Positions 33,759 through 34,107 of a stretch of 34,107 nucleotides of DNA are shown here, in pieces. Location: the NCBI GenBank assembly GCA_031414595.1, contig JANNVX010000073.1:1-34107 (forward strand). The letters run 5' to 3'. Position numbers and translations under genes: made by a program. This DNA is from Deinococcales bacterium (GTDB taxonomy: Bacteria > Deinococcota > Deinococci > Deinococcales > JAAFIG01). Position 1 is the first letter of the stretch; the number at the start of each line of letters is the position of its first letter. Under the pieces are notes generated by a model. It had not been told where the DNA came from and did not search any database. It was given only the letters and a program-made list of their open reading frames with translations.

Positions 33759-34107
33759 GGTAGTTAAGTGGAATGATTCCGCGCAGCCAAAGCCCAAACA
33801 GTCGTGACCACCAACTCAGCCCAAGACCAGACTCGAGAAGTAATACCAATTACCATAGCAGGAGTACGTTGTTCAAATCGTTTACGCCCAATCGATTCTA
33901 CCAAAGGCACGCGTAAACTCCGATTTGTGCGAACCCAATTATAAGCCAAACGAGTAATTTCGGCCACGTAAACTCGAGACCGAGGAAGCCGAGCAAACAA
34001 TAAGCCTTTACGACCCATGAACATGGTGCTTTCGCGGGCAGAACCATTGTATCTCTCAATTGCACTGGTATTGGCAATATTGTACCCAAGTCGGGTATTT
34101 TCGAGTT
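33759..34107 (-). mobile_element. End of an IS1-family insertion sequence
   Basis: GGTAGT at 33759, 5 nt beyond the transposase stop, matches the GGTA(A/G)T start of IS1-family inverted repeats. Confidence 0.6.
33764..34105 (-). CDS. IS1-family transposase C-terminus, partial
   Basis: Frame open to the window edge: NTSAIERYNGSAR...RK...F...YNWVRTNRSLR...RTPAMVIGITSRVWSWAEL, a typical IS1-family C-terminal pattern. Confidence 0.8.
   Translation of the reverse strand, partial: LENTRLGYNIANTSAIERYNGSARESTMFMGRKGLLFARLPRSRVYVAEITRLAYNWVRTNRSLRVPLVESIGRKRFEQRTPAMVIGITSRVWSWAELVVTTVWALAARNHST

Noticed and set aside
1-34107. tRNA or rRNA genes
   Set aside because: No cloverleaf with a T-loop (GTTCGA) in a tRNA context and no rRNA signature seen in any intergenic region.

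Overview
About 34 kb of bacterial chromosome, most likely from a member of the Deinococcota with unusually moderate GC. This is inferred from the Deinococcus/Thermus-like Rho and MoaA and from the many leaderless genes with a TANNNT box 5-8 nt before the start codon. Both ends run into transposase genes (IS5/ISL2-like on the left, IS1-like on the right), so the window may be a contig broken at IS copies. The core content is a TetR-controlled lipid or hydroxyacid operon (KAS-III-like enzyme, acyl-CoA ligase-hydrolase fusion, MaoC, orphan SBP, hydrolase), a eukaryote/myxobacterial-type alkyl-DHAP synthase, yqeK, a liv ABC operon, an enoyl-CoA hydratase, a sugar-family SBP, moaA, 5-formyl-THF cyclo-ligase, rho, a secreted hydrolase, an aldo/keto reductase, meaB, a DinB-family gene, pyrD and algF-algI. 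Two accessory patches stand out. (1) 9.4-12.0 kb holds a structured ~140-nt non-coding transcription unit with its own promoter and terminator, converging on an AT-rich 509-aa orphan gene and decayed toxin-antitoxin remnants. (2) 22.25-24.75 kb is a run of small TA-like cassettes bounded by direct repeats whose junctions fall on CTCGAG. The palindrome CTCGAG is strongly over-represented throughout, in the manner of cyanobacterial HIP1, and is absent from the AT-rich foreign genes. Several small dispersed, nested and tandem repeat families are present, one inserted in frame within a CDS. All family assignments come from motif recognition by eye; no database searches were run.
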